Shown here piece by piece: positions 9,780-19,814 of a stretch of DNA of 64,000 bases. The position numbers and the translations under genes were made by a program. Numbering within the stretch: the first letter of the stretch is position 1; each line of letters begins with the position of its first letter. The DNA is taken from positions 256,001 to 320,000 of the forward strand of contig JBBQUR010000001.1 in assembly GCA_038212275.1 (NCBI GenBank), given 5' to 3'. Below the pieces are notes generated by a model. That model saw only the letters and a program-made list of their open reading frames with translations, did no database searches and was not told where the DNA came from. Source of the DNA: Planctomycetota bacterium. Lineage in GTDB: Bacteria; Planctomycetota; B15-G4.

Positions 9780-10673
9780 GTGGAGAGCCGCCCCCGCACC
9801 GCCGCGGTCGTGAGCGAGAGCCAGGTCGAGGCCGCCATCTCGCTGCTCACGGACAGCAGCGACCGCGTCGTCGAGGGTTGCCGGCGCGCGCTGCTCGATC
9901 ACGCCTCGCTGGCGGAGTCGCTGCTGCGCGACCGCCTGCGGACCGCAACCGGCGCCGACGCGGAAACGCTGCGCGCCGCGCTGCTCGATGTCGTCGGCAG
10001 CCGGCTCGAGGCGCCGCTCGTGGAGCACATCGTGCACAACCCGTCGCTCGAACAGGGCGGCATCCTCATCGGGCGCCTCATCGACGCGAGCGAGTCGCCG
10101 CTGGCGGTGACGGCCGCCCTGGACGCGATGGCAGCGCAGGTCAGCGCGGAGCTCGAGGCGCGCCGCGCAGCCGGCACCGCGACGGATGCCGGCCCCGACA
10201 GCGAGCTGGCCGTGCTCACCGACGTGCTCGTGCGCGGGCACGGCCTCGTCGGCACCGACACGCGTCACGCGGATGCCTGGGATGCGGTGCTGCACGGCGT
10301 CACGCAGCGCCAGCGCGGCCTGCCGCTCGCGCTGTGCATGACCTGGCTGCTCGTCGCGCGGCGCGTCGGCCTGCCGCTCCACGGCGTCAACATGCCGGGG
10401 CATTTCCTGCTGCGCTGGGAGCGCCCGGGCCAGGTGCTCGTGCTGGATCCGTTCCACGGCGGGCGCATCCTGCGCGATGCCGAGTGCCGGGCCATGCTCG
10501 TGGACGCCGGCTACCCGTCCATCGACGTGACACTGCTGCACGCCACGGATCGCGACATGCTGCTGCGCACGCTGCGCAACCTGATGATGATCGCGTCGCG
10601 GCTGCGGCAGCGCGAGCTGGCCGCACGCTGCGCGCGCATCGTCAGCCGTACGACCGCGATCATCGGCGCCTGA
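9780..10673 (+). CDS. Transglutaminase-like (SirB1/Transglut_core2-type) protein
   Basis: RGLPLAL, GVNMPGHFLLR, LDPFHGGR, RTLRNL. Confidence 0.85.
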   Translation: MESRPRTAAVVSESQVEAAISLLTDSSDRVVEGCRRALLDHASLAESLLRDRLRTATGADAETLRAALLDVVGSRLEAPLVEHIVHNPSLEQGGILIGRLIDASESPLAVTAALDAMAAQVSAELEARRAAGTATDAGPDSELAVLTDVLVRGHGLVGTDTRHADAWDAVLHGVTQRQRGLPLALCMTWLLVARRVGLPLHGVNMPGHFLLRWERPGQVLVLDPFHGGRILRDAECRAMLVDAGYPSIDVTLLHATDRDMLLRTLRNLMMIASRLRQRELAARCARIVSRTTAIIGA

Positions 10674-10686
10674 AGGGCGGCGGGGC

Positions 10687-11847
10687 ATGGCCGGCGAACG
10701 TATCCTTCTGCTGTGCGCTGAAGACGCCCGCCGGCGCCAGCTGGAGGACCTGCTCGCCGACGGTCGCTCTGTGGTGCGGCCGCTTCCGCGCGGCGCGCCC
10801 GACGTGCCCTGGGCCGGCCCCGCGCCGGACCTGCTCGTCATCGGCGCCTTCGGGCGCACGGCCGACGCCGTTGAGCTGGTGCGCGTCGTGCTCGCCGCGG
10901 AGGCCTCGCTCTCGGTGCTCGTCGTGGACGAGCCGGACAACTGGCCCGAGGCGCTGCTCGCCCTGCCCGGCGTCGCGGTGGTGACGCTGGCGGCACGCGG
11001 AGGCTTCGCCGCGGCGCGCATCCGTCTGGCGGAGCGGCGCGGCCTGCTCAGGGAAGTCGCGGCCAGGCGCGCGGAACCCAAGGACCGGCTCGCGGCCGAG
11101 GCGCTTGCCGGGGACCTGCCCGCAGTGCGCGAGATGCGCCTCATGCTCGAGCGTCTTGCGGAGCGCAGCAGTCCCGTCGTGCTGGCGGGCGAGCCGGGCA
11201 CGCTGCGGCGGCGCCTGCTGCGCCACCTGCTGCGCACGCAGGGCGACCTCGGCGTGGACAGCGAGACCGTGCTCGTCGAGGACCTCGACGCCCTGTCGCC
11301 CGTGCAGCAGGGCAGCGTGCTGCGGCTGCTTCAGCAGGGGCGCCGCATCGTGGCCACGGCGACGACGCGCTTCGCGGAGCGCGTCCGCGAAGGCAGTTTC
11401 CGCAGCGACCTCTACTACCGTCTCGGCGGGCCGCCTGTCGCCACGGTGCCGCTGCGCGACCGGCCTGAGGACCTGCAGCGACTGGCGCACGCCTGCGGCC
11501 TGCGCGATGCGGCCGGCGACGCGCTGGCCCTGCTCGCGGCCTACGACTGGCCCGGCAACCTGCGCGAGCTGGAACTGGCCGTCGAGCACGCCCGGATTCT
11601 CGCGCAGGACATGCCGGTGGACAGCCGGCACGTGGTGCTCCCCGAGTTGTCGACGCACCGCCTGCCCTCGGGCTCGTTCGTGCTGCGCATCCCCGATGCG
11701 GGCGTCTCGCTCGAGGCCGTGGAGCGCGAGGCCATCCGGCAGACGATGGAGGCCACGGACCGCAACGTGGCGGAGGCCGCGCGGCGCCTCGCGCTGCAGC
11801 GCGGCAAGCTGCGCTATCGCCTGCGGCGCTACGGCCTCGGCCGTTGA
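10687..11847 (+). CDS. Degenerate sigma54-activator-like (NtrC/Fis) regulator
   Basis: GEPGT, FRSDLYYRL, PLRDRPED, YDWPGNLREL, C-terminal Fis HTH (NVAEAARRL); no GAFTGA and no Walker A Lys. Confidence 0.8.
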   Translation: MAGERILLLCAEDARRRQLEDLLADGRSVVRPLPRGAPDVPWAGPAPDLLVIGAFGRTADAVELVRVVLAAEASLSVLVVDEPDNWPEALLALPGVAVVTLAARGGFAAARIRLAERRGLLREVAARRAEPKDRLAAEALAGDLPAVREMRLMLERLAERSSPVVLAGEPGTLRRRLLRHLLRTQGDLGVDSETVLVEDLDALSPVQQGSVLRLLQQGRRIVATATTRFAERVREGSFRSDLYYRLGGPPVATVPLRDRPEDLQRLAHACGLRDAAGDALALLAAYDWPGNLRELELAVEHARILAQDMPVDSRHVVLPELSTHRLPSGSFVLRIPDAGVSLEAVEREAIRQTMEATDRNVAEAARRLALQRGKLRYRLRRYGLGR

Positions 11848-11884
11848 TCGCGCCGCGGTGCAGGCCGCGACGAAGGCTGCCGCG

Positions 11885-12718
11885 CTACTCCGAAAGCAGG
11901 CGGCGGGCGCTCAGGTCGAGTCCCTGGCGTTCCAGCGCCAGCGCGCTCAGCTCCGTCGCGAGGCGCTCGTAGCCGGGCTTGCTCCGCAGCGGCTCGAGGC
12001 GGTCCAGCGCCTCGCCGGTGAAGCCGCACTGCAGCGCGACGAGCGCCGACATGAGGCTGGCGCCTTCGTGGTTGTCGCCGGCGAGATCATGGGCCGCGGT
12101 CATTGCGCGCACGAGATGCTGCGCCACCGGCTCGGACACCCAGGTGAAGCCGCAGAGGGCGCGCTGGGCGTCGTCGACCGGATCGGAGAGCGTCATGAGG
12201 TAGCTGCTGCCGCGCAGCAGGGGCATCGCCAGCGCCACGCGGTCGCGCCCCGCGGGCACGGCCTCCGTGCCGACGTCGAGGTTCATGTCCGTGTTCTTCA
12301 GCTGGAAGGTGAGCGGGCCTGACGGCGCCTCGCGCAGCCGCACTCCGACGGGCGCATTGAGCAGCTTGTCGAGCGGGCCGAGAAAGGTGGGCTCGTGCGC
12401 GTCCTCGAGCAACTCGGCCTCGGGCACTGCCGCGAGGTCCGACAACTTGCGCGCCCGCACCGACTTCGGCCACCAGTTCATGCCCGCGAGCTCGGCGGGG
12501 AGCTCCGTGGCCGCAGCGGATTGCAGCAGATCCAGTGCGGCTTCGGGCTTGCCGTCGCGGAAGTCGCGGCGCAAGGCTGCGGCATCGAAGCGGCCGCCGC
12601 CGCCGAAAAGCCAGTAGGCGATGATCACCGTGGCGACCGGCAGCGCCCAGGGCCGGAACCGCTGCGCGAGCGCCTTGGCACGAGGTGTCTCGACCGTCCC
12701 GTGCGAGAGCCGCCTCAT
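11885..12718 (-). CDS. Hypothetical membrane-anchored protein
   Basis: ATG at 12718 overlaps the upstream TGA (ATGA); one N-terminal hydrophobic segment WALPVATVIIAYWLF; helical C-terminus. Confidence 0.6.
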   Translation of the reverse strand: MRRLSHGTVETPRAKALAQRFRPWALPVATVIIAYWLFGGGGRFDAAALRRDFRDGKPEAALDLLQSAAATELPAELAGMNWWPKSVRARKLSDLAAVPEAELLEDAHEPTFLGPLDKLLNAPVGVRLREAPSGPLTFQLKNTDMNLDVGTEAVPAGRDRVALAMPLLRGSSYLMTLSDPVDDAQRALCGFTWVSEPVAQHLVRAMTAAHDLAGDNHEGASLMSALVALQCGFTGEALDRLEPLRSKPGYERLATELSALALERQGLDLSARRLLSE

Positions 12719-13527
12719 GCCGGCAGGGCGTCGATCGCGGCAGCCATGACGAGCAGCGTCTCGTGACCCGTGCCGCAGCAGCCTCCGAGGAAACGCACGC
12801 CGCGCAGGCGCGCGGCCCGTGCGAAGGCCGCCATCACGTTGTCGTCCACGGGCTCGTCGGGAGAGCCGGTGCTCGGCTTGCACCAGCGCGGTGCGGCGGG
12901 CAGCGCCAGCGCCAGCTTGAAGGCCTCGTTGGGCCCGCGGCAGCAGTTGAGGCCCAGTTCCACGCCGGCGTCCGAACTGCTCACGAAGCTCGCGATCTCG
13001 TCGAGGCGTTTGCGGTCCTCGCGGCTGCCGTCCGTGCTGCTCAGGCAGAGCACCGTCGGCAGGCGCGAGGCGAACTCCTGGTGCATCTCGAGCACGATCT
13101 GGCCGTCGCGCACGGTGTTGCAGGTCTCGAAGGCCAGGAGGTCCACGCCTTCATCGAGCATCACGCGCAGCACGTCCTCGAGTTGCGGCACGCGGCTCGA
13201 GAGGTCGCACGCCGCCAGCGAGCCGGCGATTTTTGCCTGTCCGCCTGCCGCCTTGCGCGCGATGCGCACCGCGGCGGCCACGGCTGCCAGGCGCTCCTTG
13301 CCGCTGACGATCGATGCGGACAGCGCATCGAAGGTGTTGGTGTGCAGCACGCGCGCGCCCGCCTCGCGATGACTGACGTGGACGTAGGAGACGAGTCCCG
13401 GTTGGCGCAAGTTGGCGAGCAGCGTGGGTTGCGCGGTCGACCAGCCGTGCTCGCGCAGGGACGTGCCCATGGCGCCGTCGAGGAGCACCGCATCATGGCC
13501 CGGAAAAAGTCGATCCAGAAGGTTCAA
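12715..13527 (-). CDS. Homocysteine S-methyltransferase family protein (stand-alone, short)
   Basis: LLDGAMGT, HTNTF, GVDLLAFET, GLNCC, GGCCGTG Zn-binding motifs. Confidence 0.85.
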   Translation of the reverse strand: MNLLDRLFPGHDAVLLDGAMGTSLREHGWSTAQPTLLANLRQPGLVSYVHVSHREAGARVLHTNTFDALSASIVSGKERLAAVAAAVRIARKAAGGQAKIAGSLAACDLSSRVPQLEDVLRVMLDEGVDLLAFETCNTVRDGQIVLEMHQEFASRLPTVLCLSSTDGSREDRKRLDEIASFVSSSDAGVELGLNCCRGPNEAFKLALALPAAPRWCKPSTGSPDEPVDDNVMAAFARAARLRGVRFLGGCCGTGHETLLVMAAAIDALPA

Positions 13528-13566
13528 GGCGACCAGCGTACACCCGCCCCGACCATCGGGGCAGGC

Positions 13567-16188
13567 TCAGGGTGCGAGGGACGGATCCAGCGCATTCCAT
13601 ACGGTCGAGTCGTTTTCGATCGTGCGGCGCGCGGCGAGCAGCAGGCCTGCCGCGGTTGCGCGCGGGTCGTCCGCCGCTGGTGAGTTGTCGACGATCTGGC
13701 GGATGGCCCGGGCTGCCGCGGCGCGCACCCGGTAGTTGCTGTCGTTGAGCGACTCGCCGAGCTGGCGCAGGATCGTGCCGTCGGGGTCGGCCGTCCCGGG
13801 GTAGCCGGACAGGGCCGCGACGGCGGCGACGCGGACACGCGGCACCGGCTCGCAGCGTGCGGCCGCCAGCAGGAAGGGCAGCACCCGGTCATCGTGCTCG
13901 ATGCGCGTGATCATCAGGACGATGGCCTCGTCGAGCCGGTACTTGTCCGTGCGGGAGGCCGTGGCCGCACAGAGGGCGAAGGCACCGGGGAAGTCGCGGT
14001 CCACCAGCGCCGCCAGCGCTGCGGCGGCGACCGAGCCATTGCCGTCCTCGGCGAGCGTGGTCAGCGCGGGCAGCGCTCGATTGCCGGCGTGGCGGGCAAG
14101 GCCGTTCGCGGCGGTCTCTCGCAGCCTTGCGTCGGGGGACGTGGCGGCCGCCAGCAGAGCCTCGGCCACCGCGTTGTCCTCGAGGGAACCGCGGAAGGAG
14201 AGCGCAACGAGCGCCGCGTTGGCGACCTCGGGCACCGCGTCCTGCGCCGCGCACAGCGCGAGCGCCGCCACGGAGGCCTCATCAGGCTGCCAGCCCGCCG
14301 GCGTGTCGGCGCGCGTCTCGGGCAGTCCGGCGAACCACTGCGCCGCGCGCAGGCGCGCCACCGCGTCGCTCGCGCTGCGGAGCTGGTTGCGCCACTGCTC
14401 CTCGGGCTGCTGCTGATCGATGGGGCCGGGCACCGAGGACGGGCTGTCGAAGGCCACCCAGTCCAGCGGACCCTCGCCGTCGAGCGTCAGGCTGGCGTGC
14501 AGGGAGTTCAGCTCCACGCGCGCCGTGTGCTCGCTGCCGCCACGGGACCACGTCACCGAGACCGGCAGGTGGTCGACGTGCCGCCAGACGTCGGGGCCCT
14601 GCACCTGCTCGATGCTCAGGACGGGGTCGTCGCCGGAGCCTGCGGCGGTCGGGGCGCCGTCGTAGACGGGCATGGTAAATTCGTTTTCACCGAGGCGCAC
14701 ACGGATCACCGGAAGCCCGGGACTGTCGATGAACTCGTCGAAGAAGCGGCTGAGGTCCACGCCGCTGGATTCCTCCATCGCACGCTGAAGATCCGCCGTG
14801 ACGACGATGCCCGCTGCATGGCTGGCCACGTAGTGGGCCACGCCGCGCTGGAAGGCGTCGGCGCCGAGCATCTCGCGCAGCAGGTGCAGCCGGATGGCGC
14901 CGCCCTCGTAGCTGTTCACGCCGAACATCGCGTCCGGATCCACGTAGTCCTTCCACACGATGGGGCGATCGTGCTCGTCCGTCGCGCCGAGCGCCTTGCT
15001 GCGCATGGCCACGACACAGAGCCGCAGCGCCTCCTCGCCTCCGACATGGCCACGGTAGAGCGCCTCGCAATACGTGGCGAAGCTCTCGTTGAGCCACAGG
15101 TGCGACCAGTCGGCGCAGGTGAGGTAGTCGCCGAACCATTGGTGGGCTGCCTCGTGCGAGATGAGATCCAGTGAGCTGGCCTGCGGTTCGTCGGCCGGGT
15201 CGTGAATGGTCTCGGTGAGCAGCGTCGTGGCAGAGATGTTCTCCTGGCCGCCGGCGACGAAGTCGTGCACGCAGGACTGCGCGTATTTGTCGTACGGGTA
15301 GGGCTGGCCGGTGTACGTGCCGAAGAAGTCGATGAAGTCGGGCGTGGCCGCGAAGTTGACGAGCGCATCGGGCAGCTTGCCCTCGTCGGCGAGGACGAGC
15401 AGCGGCACCGGTCCACCGGGAATCTCCGCCTGTCCGAGCTGGCCCGCGATGAGCGTGAACAGGTAGCTGACGCAGGGCACGTCCAGCACCCAGGTGTCGG
15501 TGCGGAGTCCGGTGCGCTCGTTGAGGCGGCTGTTCGTCAGGCGGCCCGCCGAGAGCGTGCGGAAGCTGCCGTCCACGGTGACGTGCAGCGTGAAGGTGGC
15601 GCGGTCGTTGGGCTGGTCCCAGCACGGGATCCAGTGCCGCGTCTCATGCGTCTCGCCCTGCGTCCACAGATGCCACGGGCGCTGCGGGTCGGCAGCGGTG
15701 GGGCCCTGGAAGTACATGCCGCGCGTCGGGTAGCAGCTGTAGTGCAGGGTCACTTCCTCGACGGAGCCCGGTGCCAGAGCCTGGGCGAGTTCGACGCGGA
15801 GGGTGTCGCCGGTGCGGCTGTGCTTCAGCTCGCGGCCAGCCGTGTCCCACGCGCCGCTGACGTCGATGCCGACGGCGTCCAGCTCGAGCGTCGTCGCCGG
15901 GAGCCCGGGCAGCGCCGCGAACTGGATGGCCACCTGCCCGTTCACGAAGCCGGCGCGGTGGTCGATCTCGACGTCCACGTCATAGTGCTGGATGTCCACG
16001 AGCGGTGAGCGCACGGCGGGCACCGAGGTCACGGGGTGGGACATCGTGGCCGAGCGCATGAGCGTCGAGGGCGTCGAGGCGCAGCCCCCGGAAAGCAGGA
16101 CCGGAACCAGGACCAGGGCGAGCCGCAGCGCCAGATGGCGCCGTCCGCGACTCAGGCCGGCCGAGCGGGGCGGGCAGTGAATGGACAT
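13567..16188 (-). CDS. M1 family aminopeptidase with C-terminal HEAT repeats, probable lipoprotein
   Basis: WTQGE, WIPCWDQP, GGQEN exopeptidase motif, HEAAHQWFG...WLNESFATY; lipobox-like LLSGGC; HEAT-type repeats (DARLRETAA, NYRVRAAAA). Confidence 0.93.
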   Translation of the reverse strand: MSIHCPPRSAGLSRGRRHLALRLALVLVPVLLSGGCASTPSTLMRSATMSHPVTSVPAVRSPLVDIQHYDVDVEIDHRAGFVNGQVAIQFAALPGLPATTLELDAVGIDVSGAWDTAGRELKHSRTGDTLRVELAQALAPGSVEEVTLHYSCYPTRGMYFQGPTAADPQRPWHLWTQGETHETRHWIPCWDQPNDRATFTLHVTVDGSFRTLSAGRLTNSRLNERTGLRTDTWVLDVPCVSYLFTLIAGQLGQAEIPGGPVPLLVLADEGKLPDALVNFAATPDFIDFFGTYTGQPYPYDKYAQSCVHDFVAGGQENISATTLLTETIHDPADEPQASSLDLISHEAAHQWFGDYLTCADWSHLWLNESFATYCEALYRGHVGGEEALRLCVVAMRSKALGATDEHDRPIVWKDYVDPDAMFGVNSYEGGAIRLHLLREMLGADAFQRGVAHYVASHAAGIVVTADLQRAMEESSGVDLSRFFDEFIDSPGLPVIRVRLGENEFTMPVYDGAPTAAGSGDDPVLSIEQVQGPDVWRHVDHLPVSVTWSRGGSEHTARVELNSLHASLTLDGEGPLDWVAFDSPSSVPGPIDQQQPEEQWRNQLRSASDAVARLRAAQWFAGLPETRADTPAGWQPDEASVAALALCAAQDAVPEVANAALVALSFRGSLEDNAVAEALLAAATSPDARLRETAANGLARHAGNRALPALTTLAEDGNGSVAAAALAALVDRDFPGAFALCAATASRTDKYRLDEAIVLMITRIEHDDRVLPFLLAAARCEPVPRVRVAAVAALSGYPGTADPDGTILRQLGESLNDSNYRVRAAAARAIRQIVDNSPAADDPRATAAGLLLAARRTIENDSTVWNALDPSLAP

Positions 16189-16436
16189 GAGGCGCCTCCG
16201 CTGAATGGCCGATAGGGGAAAAAGCCCCACGGCAGCGGACGTCGCACCACGGGCGGGCCGGAATCCTAGCGGAACACCTGCTTCCTTGACACATGGCGAA
16301 TCATGGACGACTCTGCATCTGTTTTCGCGGTGTCCCCGAGATTTCTGTTTCATCACACCGCATTGGTGCTCCGATTTACTCACTCGCTCCGAAGCCCATC
16401 GCGGCTCGCTTTTCCCGAACCCAAAGGATCCATCCC

Positions 16437-17438
16437 ATGCTCAAGCTGGCCCGATTCGCCTGCCTCCTCGGCGCGTTCGCCTTCGCAGGCCCGACCTTCG
16501 CGCAGACCATCAGCAGCACCTCTCCGACGAATATCGAAGGTGCAGCCGTCGGCACGACGATCACGATCAACGGCAGCGACTTCGGTGTCGCGAAGCCGAA
16601 GGTGCAGCTCTTCGATTCGGTGACGAACAAGAAGTATGCGCTGAAGGTCGCGACGTTTTCGGACTCGCAGATCACCGCCACGATTTCCAAGGCGGTGTCG
16701 GGCGAGTTCTCGCTGCAGGTCATCGTGAAGGGCGCTGCCGCGCCGGCCGAAACCCCGATGACGATCAGGGCGCCGCTCGTCACGTCCTTGTCGGTCGCGT
16801 CGGCAGGACCCAATGCACCCTTCAGCATTCTCGGTGATTTCTTCGGCACCAAGAAGGGCAAGATCCGGGTCAACGGCCAGAACGCGAAAATCGTGAGCTG
16901 GGCGATGAACGAGATCCAGCTGCTCATGCCCAAGAAGCTGCCGAACGGCTTCTGGACGATCGCCGTCGACAACAAGGTCGGCGTCGACGATGGGGCGACC
17001 ATTCAGGTCGTCGGCAGCACGGTCAAGATCGGCAAGGCGACGCTCAATGCCTACATCAACGGCACGAAGCTCAAGCTGAAGTACGGTCAGGGCGCAGTTC
17101 CGGGCAATTATGCCGTCGTTGCCGTGGGTGCCAGCGGAAGCTACCCGTCGGGCGAGGCCCTGGTGATTGGCGTGCCGTTCTTCGACGGCAACAACGTCCC
17201 CGAGGACTACGTGTGGGGCACGAACCTCTTCGTCGTCTCGTACTTCGAATACAAGGTCATCAGCAAGTTACCCGTGACCAAGGCCTACCTTCCGGCCAAC
17301 GGCTTCACCGTGAACATCACCGCCAACAGCGCGGGACAGGTCGCCGGCAACTTCCACGGGACCCTGGCGAACGTGGCCAATCAGCTCGACACGGTCTCCT
17401 GCGATGGCGACTTCGTCGTGGACATCATCGATCTCTGA
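16437..17438 (+). CDS. Secreted IPT/TIG-domain protein (2 IPT-like repeats + unique C-terminal domain)
   Basis: AAGGA before ATG; signal peptide ending AFAGPTFA; GTTITINGSDFG, SILGDFFG repeats. Confidence 0.8.
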   Translation: MLKLARFACLLGAFAFAGPTFAQTISSTSPTNIEGAAVGTTITINGSDFGVAKPKVQLFDSVTNKKYALKVATFSDSQITATISKAVSGEFSLQVIVKGAAAPAETPMTIRAPLVTSLSVASAGPNAPFSILGDFFGTKKGKIRVNGQNAKIVSWAMNEIQLLMPKKLPNGFWTIAVDNKVGVDDGATIQVVGSTVKIGKATLNAYINGTKLKLKYGQGAVPGNYAVVAVGASGSYPSGEALVIGVPFFDGNNVPEDYVWGTNLFVVSYFEYKVISKLPVTKAYLPANGFTVNITANSAGQVAGNFHGTLANVANQLDTVSCDGDFVVDIIDL

Positions 17439-17560
17439 GCGTCGCGACGAGGGTCCGACGGCCGGCCGGGGCTCATGCCGCGGCCGGCCGGGACCGAAGC
17501 CTCTCTCAGGCGGGTCTCCCGCCTCGGGCGCTGCCCTGAAGCGGCCGTGAACAGTTCGAT

Positions 17561-17602
17561 ACGCGGGGCTCGGGAGCAGTGCGCTGCTCCCGAGCCCCGC
17601 GT
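17561..17602. repeat. Perfect 19-bp inverted repeat with 4-nt loop
   Basis: acgcggggctcgggagcag (17561-17579) / ctgctcccgagccccgcgt (17584-17602). Confidence 0.9.
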
Positions 17603-17998
17603 CCGTTGTGGGGCTGCAGGCCCGGCTTCGCGCCCGGAGAAGCCGGCGAGTCCAGGCTGTGGCAGGCGGGGCCAGGCGGGCCAGGCGGGGCCAGGCGGTG
17701 GCCGGACAGCGGCGAGGGAGGGGCGCCCGAGGCTCGGGTTGCAACGGGACGAACACGCCTCGCGATCGGCCTGGCAGGGTGCTTGAGAGAGAAGTGCACA
17801 TCCGATCGCTAGGCTGCTGGTGGCGCTGCGCTTCGTGCTTCTCAGGTCGACGCACGCCGCGGCCGTACACCACGCAGCCCCTCGCGCGGTGTCATCACCG
17901 GGCGTGCGGGGTTTGACCGTGAAAATCGCGTGCTACCGGGATGCCGTGCCAGATCGGCATCAGGGCGTGGGTCTCCCGCGCCGAAAATGGAGACCATC

Positions 17999-19372
17999 AT
18001 GAAGACTCTCTCGTGCCTTCTGTCCTTCGCGCTGCTCGCCGTGCTCGGCAGCGCCACCGCCCAGATCGACACCGTGACCGGCGACGGCGTCGACCCGTCG
18101 ATGGGTTCGCTCGGTACCACGCTGACGATCACGGGCGCCGGCTTCGGCGGCCCGACCGGGCTCGGCAAGCCGTCAGCCTTCCTGCTGGACCCGATGACGC
18201 TGAAGAAGTTCACGCTCAAGCTGCTGACCTTCTCGGACACCGAGGTCACGGCGCAGATCACGAAGGCCGCCTACGGCGCGCTGGACGTGAACGTGCAGCC
18301 CAAGGGCGGGCCATTGCTGGTCGCGGCGGGCGCCTTCACCGTGCCCGATCCGGAGATCACGGGCGTGCTGCCCATGGACGAGAGCGGCACCATCGGCACC
18401 ACCGTCACCATCTCGGGCAGCGGGCTGCTGGGAGTGGTCGGCCTCTCCAAGCCGAAGGTGCAGCTCTTCGATCCGGACACCGGCAAGAAGTATGCGCTCA
18501 AGGTGGCCACGTTCTCGGACACCGAGGTCACCGCGTCGATCACCAAGGCCGTCGCCGGGACGATGGAGCTGCAGCTGCTGCCGAAGGGCGGCGCGGCGCT
18601 CATCGCGACGGCGGGCTTCGAAGTGCCGCTGCCGAACATCCTGAGCATCACGCCGGCCTTCGGCTTCGCCAACGACACGATCACGCTCGAGTGCGAGCAC
18701 GTCGGCAACAAGAAGCCCAAGGTGAAGCTGGGCACCAAGAGCTGCAAGGTGCTGAGCTTCTCCGACACGGAAGTCGCCTTCCTGATGCCCAAGAAGCTGG
18801 CCAAGGGCGCGCAGACGCTGCAGCTCACCAACAAGGTGGGCGTCGCCACGCAGATCGCCGCGATCATCAATCAGGGCGACGGCCCCGACACGGTGACCGA
18901 CGATGCCTTCACCGCGACGCTGGGCAAGACGAAGTTCGTCGCGGGTGGGTTCATCTTCTTCGTAGTGAGCTCCGACTATGACCCGATGCAGGTCGATACC
19001 AATTCCATGTGCTACTTTACGGACCCGCTGACTTTCCAGGAAATCGCTGGAATGGTCGTGCACACGCCCTTTGACCCGCACGCCTTCACGGAGCCGGTGG
19101 CATTCGTGGATGCCCCGGGAGGGAGCATCGGATACAAGCTGATTGATCCGAATGCAGATCCCGTCTTCGGTCTGCCCCTCGGGCGCTGGAGCTCCGATGC
19201 GGTCGGCGGCTCATCGATCATCACGGCGCTGGGCGTCGAGGAGCTGGGGGGCAATACCGTCCGGATGCGACTCGCTTTCTCCGGCACGATGGTACTCGTG
19301 GAAGGCACTGGTCCCGAGACGATCGTCGTCACCAACGGCTTCTTCCGAAGCACCTTCGATGCGCTGCCCTGA
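17999..19372 (+). CDS. Secreted IPT/TIG-domain protein (3 IPT-like repeats + different C-terminal domain), paralog of 16437-17438
   Basis: GGAG before ATG; signal peptide; shares [21 protein letters not shown] and MPKKL..G...NKVGV with the upstream gene. Confidence 0.8.
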   Translation: MKTLSCLLSFALLAVLGSATAQIDTVTGDGVDPSMGSLGTTLTITGAGFGGPTGLGKPSAFLLDPMTLKKFTLKLLTFSDTEVTAQITKAAYGALDVNVQPKGGPLLVAAGAFTVPDPEITGVLPMDESGTIGTTVTISGSGLLGVVGLSKPKVQLFDPDTGKKYALKVATFSDTEVTASITKAVAGTMELQLLPKGGAALIATAGFEVPLPNILSITPAFGFANDTITLECEHVGNKKPKVKLGTKSCKVLSFSDTEVAFLMPKKLAKGAQTLQLTNKVGVATQIAAIINQGDGPDTVTDDAFTATLGKTKFVAGGFIFFVVSSDYDPMQVDTNSMCYFTDPLTFQEIAGMVVHTPFDPHAFTEPVAFVDAPGGSIGYKLIDPNADPVFGLPLGRWSSDAVGGSSIITALGVEELGGNTVRMRLAFSGTMVLVEGTGPETIVVTNGFFRSTFDALP

Positions 19373-19461
19373 TCGGCACACATCGCTTCAGGATCGTGAT
19401 GCGGGGCCGACCGTCGGCCCCGCGCCTCTTTCCGGGGCGCTCCCGAGTATGCTGGCGCGCG

Positions 19462-19785
19462 ATGTCGGATCCGAAGCGTGACACCGGGACGGGCACGGGA
19501 ACTCGCACCGAGACCGAAACGGAGACCGTCACGAGCGTGCAGCTCGGGTTTCCGTGGAACGTCATCGTGTGGGATGACCCCGTGAACCTCATGAGTTACG
19601 TGGTGTACGTCTTCCAGAAGCTGTTCGGCTTCTCGATGCAGACGGCCACGAAGCACATGCTCGAGGTGCACGAGAAGGGCAAATCGCTGGTGGCAAGCGC
19701 GGATCGCGAGCGCGCCGAGTACTACGTCACCCGGCTGCATGCCTACGGGCTGCAGGCCACGCTGGAGCGCGCCGACCCCGCCTGA
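19462..19785 (+). CDS. clpS: ATP-dependent Clp protease adaptor ClpS
   Basis: [45 protein letters not shown]. Confidence 0.93.
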   Translation: MSDPKRDTGTGTGTRTETETETVTSVQLGFPWNVIVWDDPVNLMSYVVYVFQKLFGFSMQTATKHMLEVHEKGKSLVASADRERAEYYVTRLHAYGLQATLERADPA

Positions 19786-19814
19786 CGCGGGCGGCGGCGG
19801 CGGGGCAGCGCGGG

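Noticed and set aside
16437..19372. Diversity-generating retroelement acting on the IPT paralogs
   Set aside because: No reverse transcriptase and no template/variable repeat pair with adenine-specific differences.
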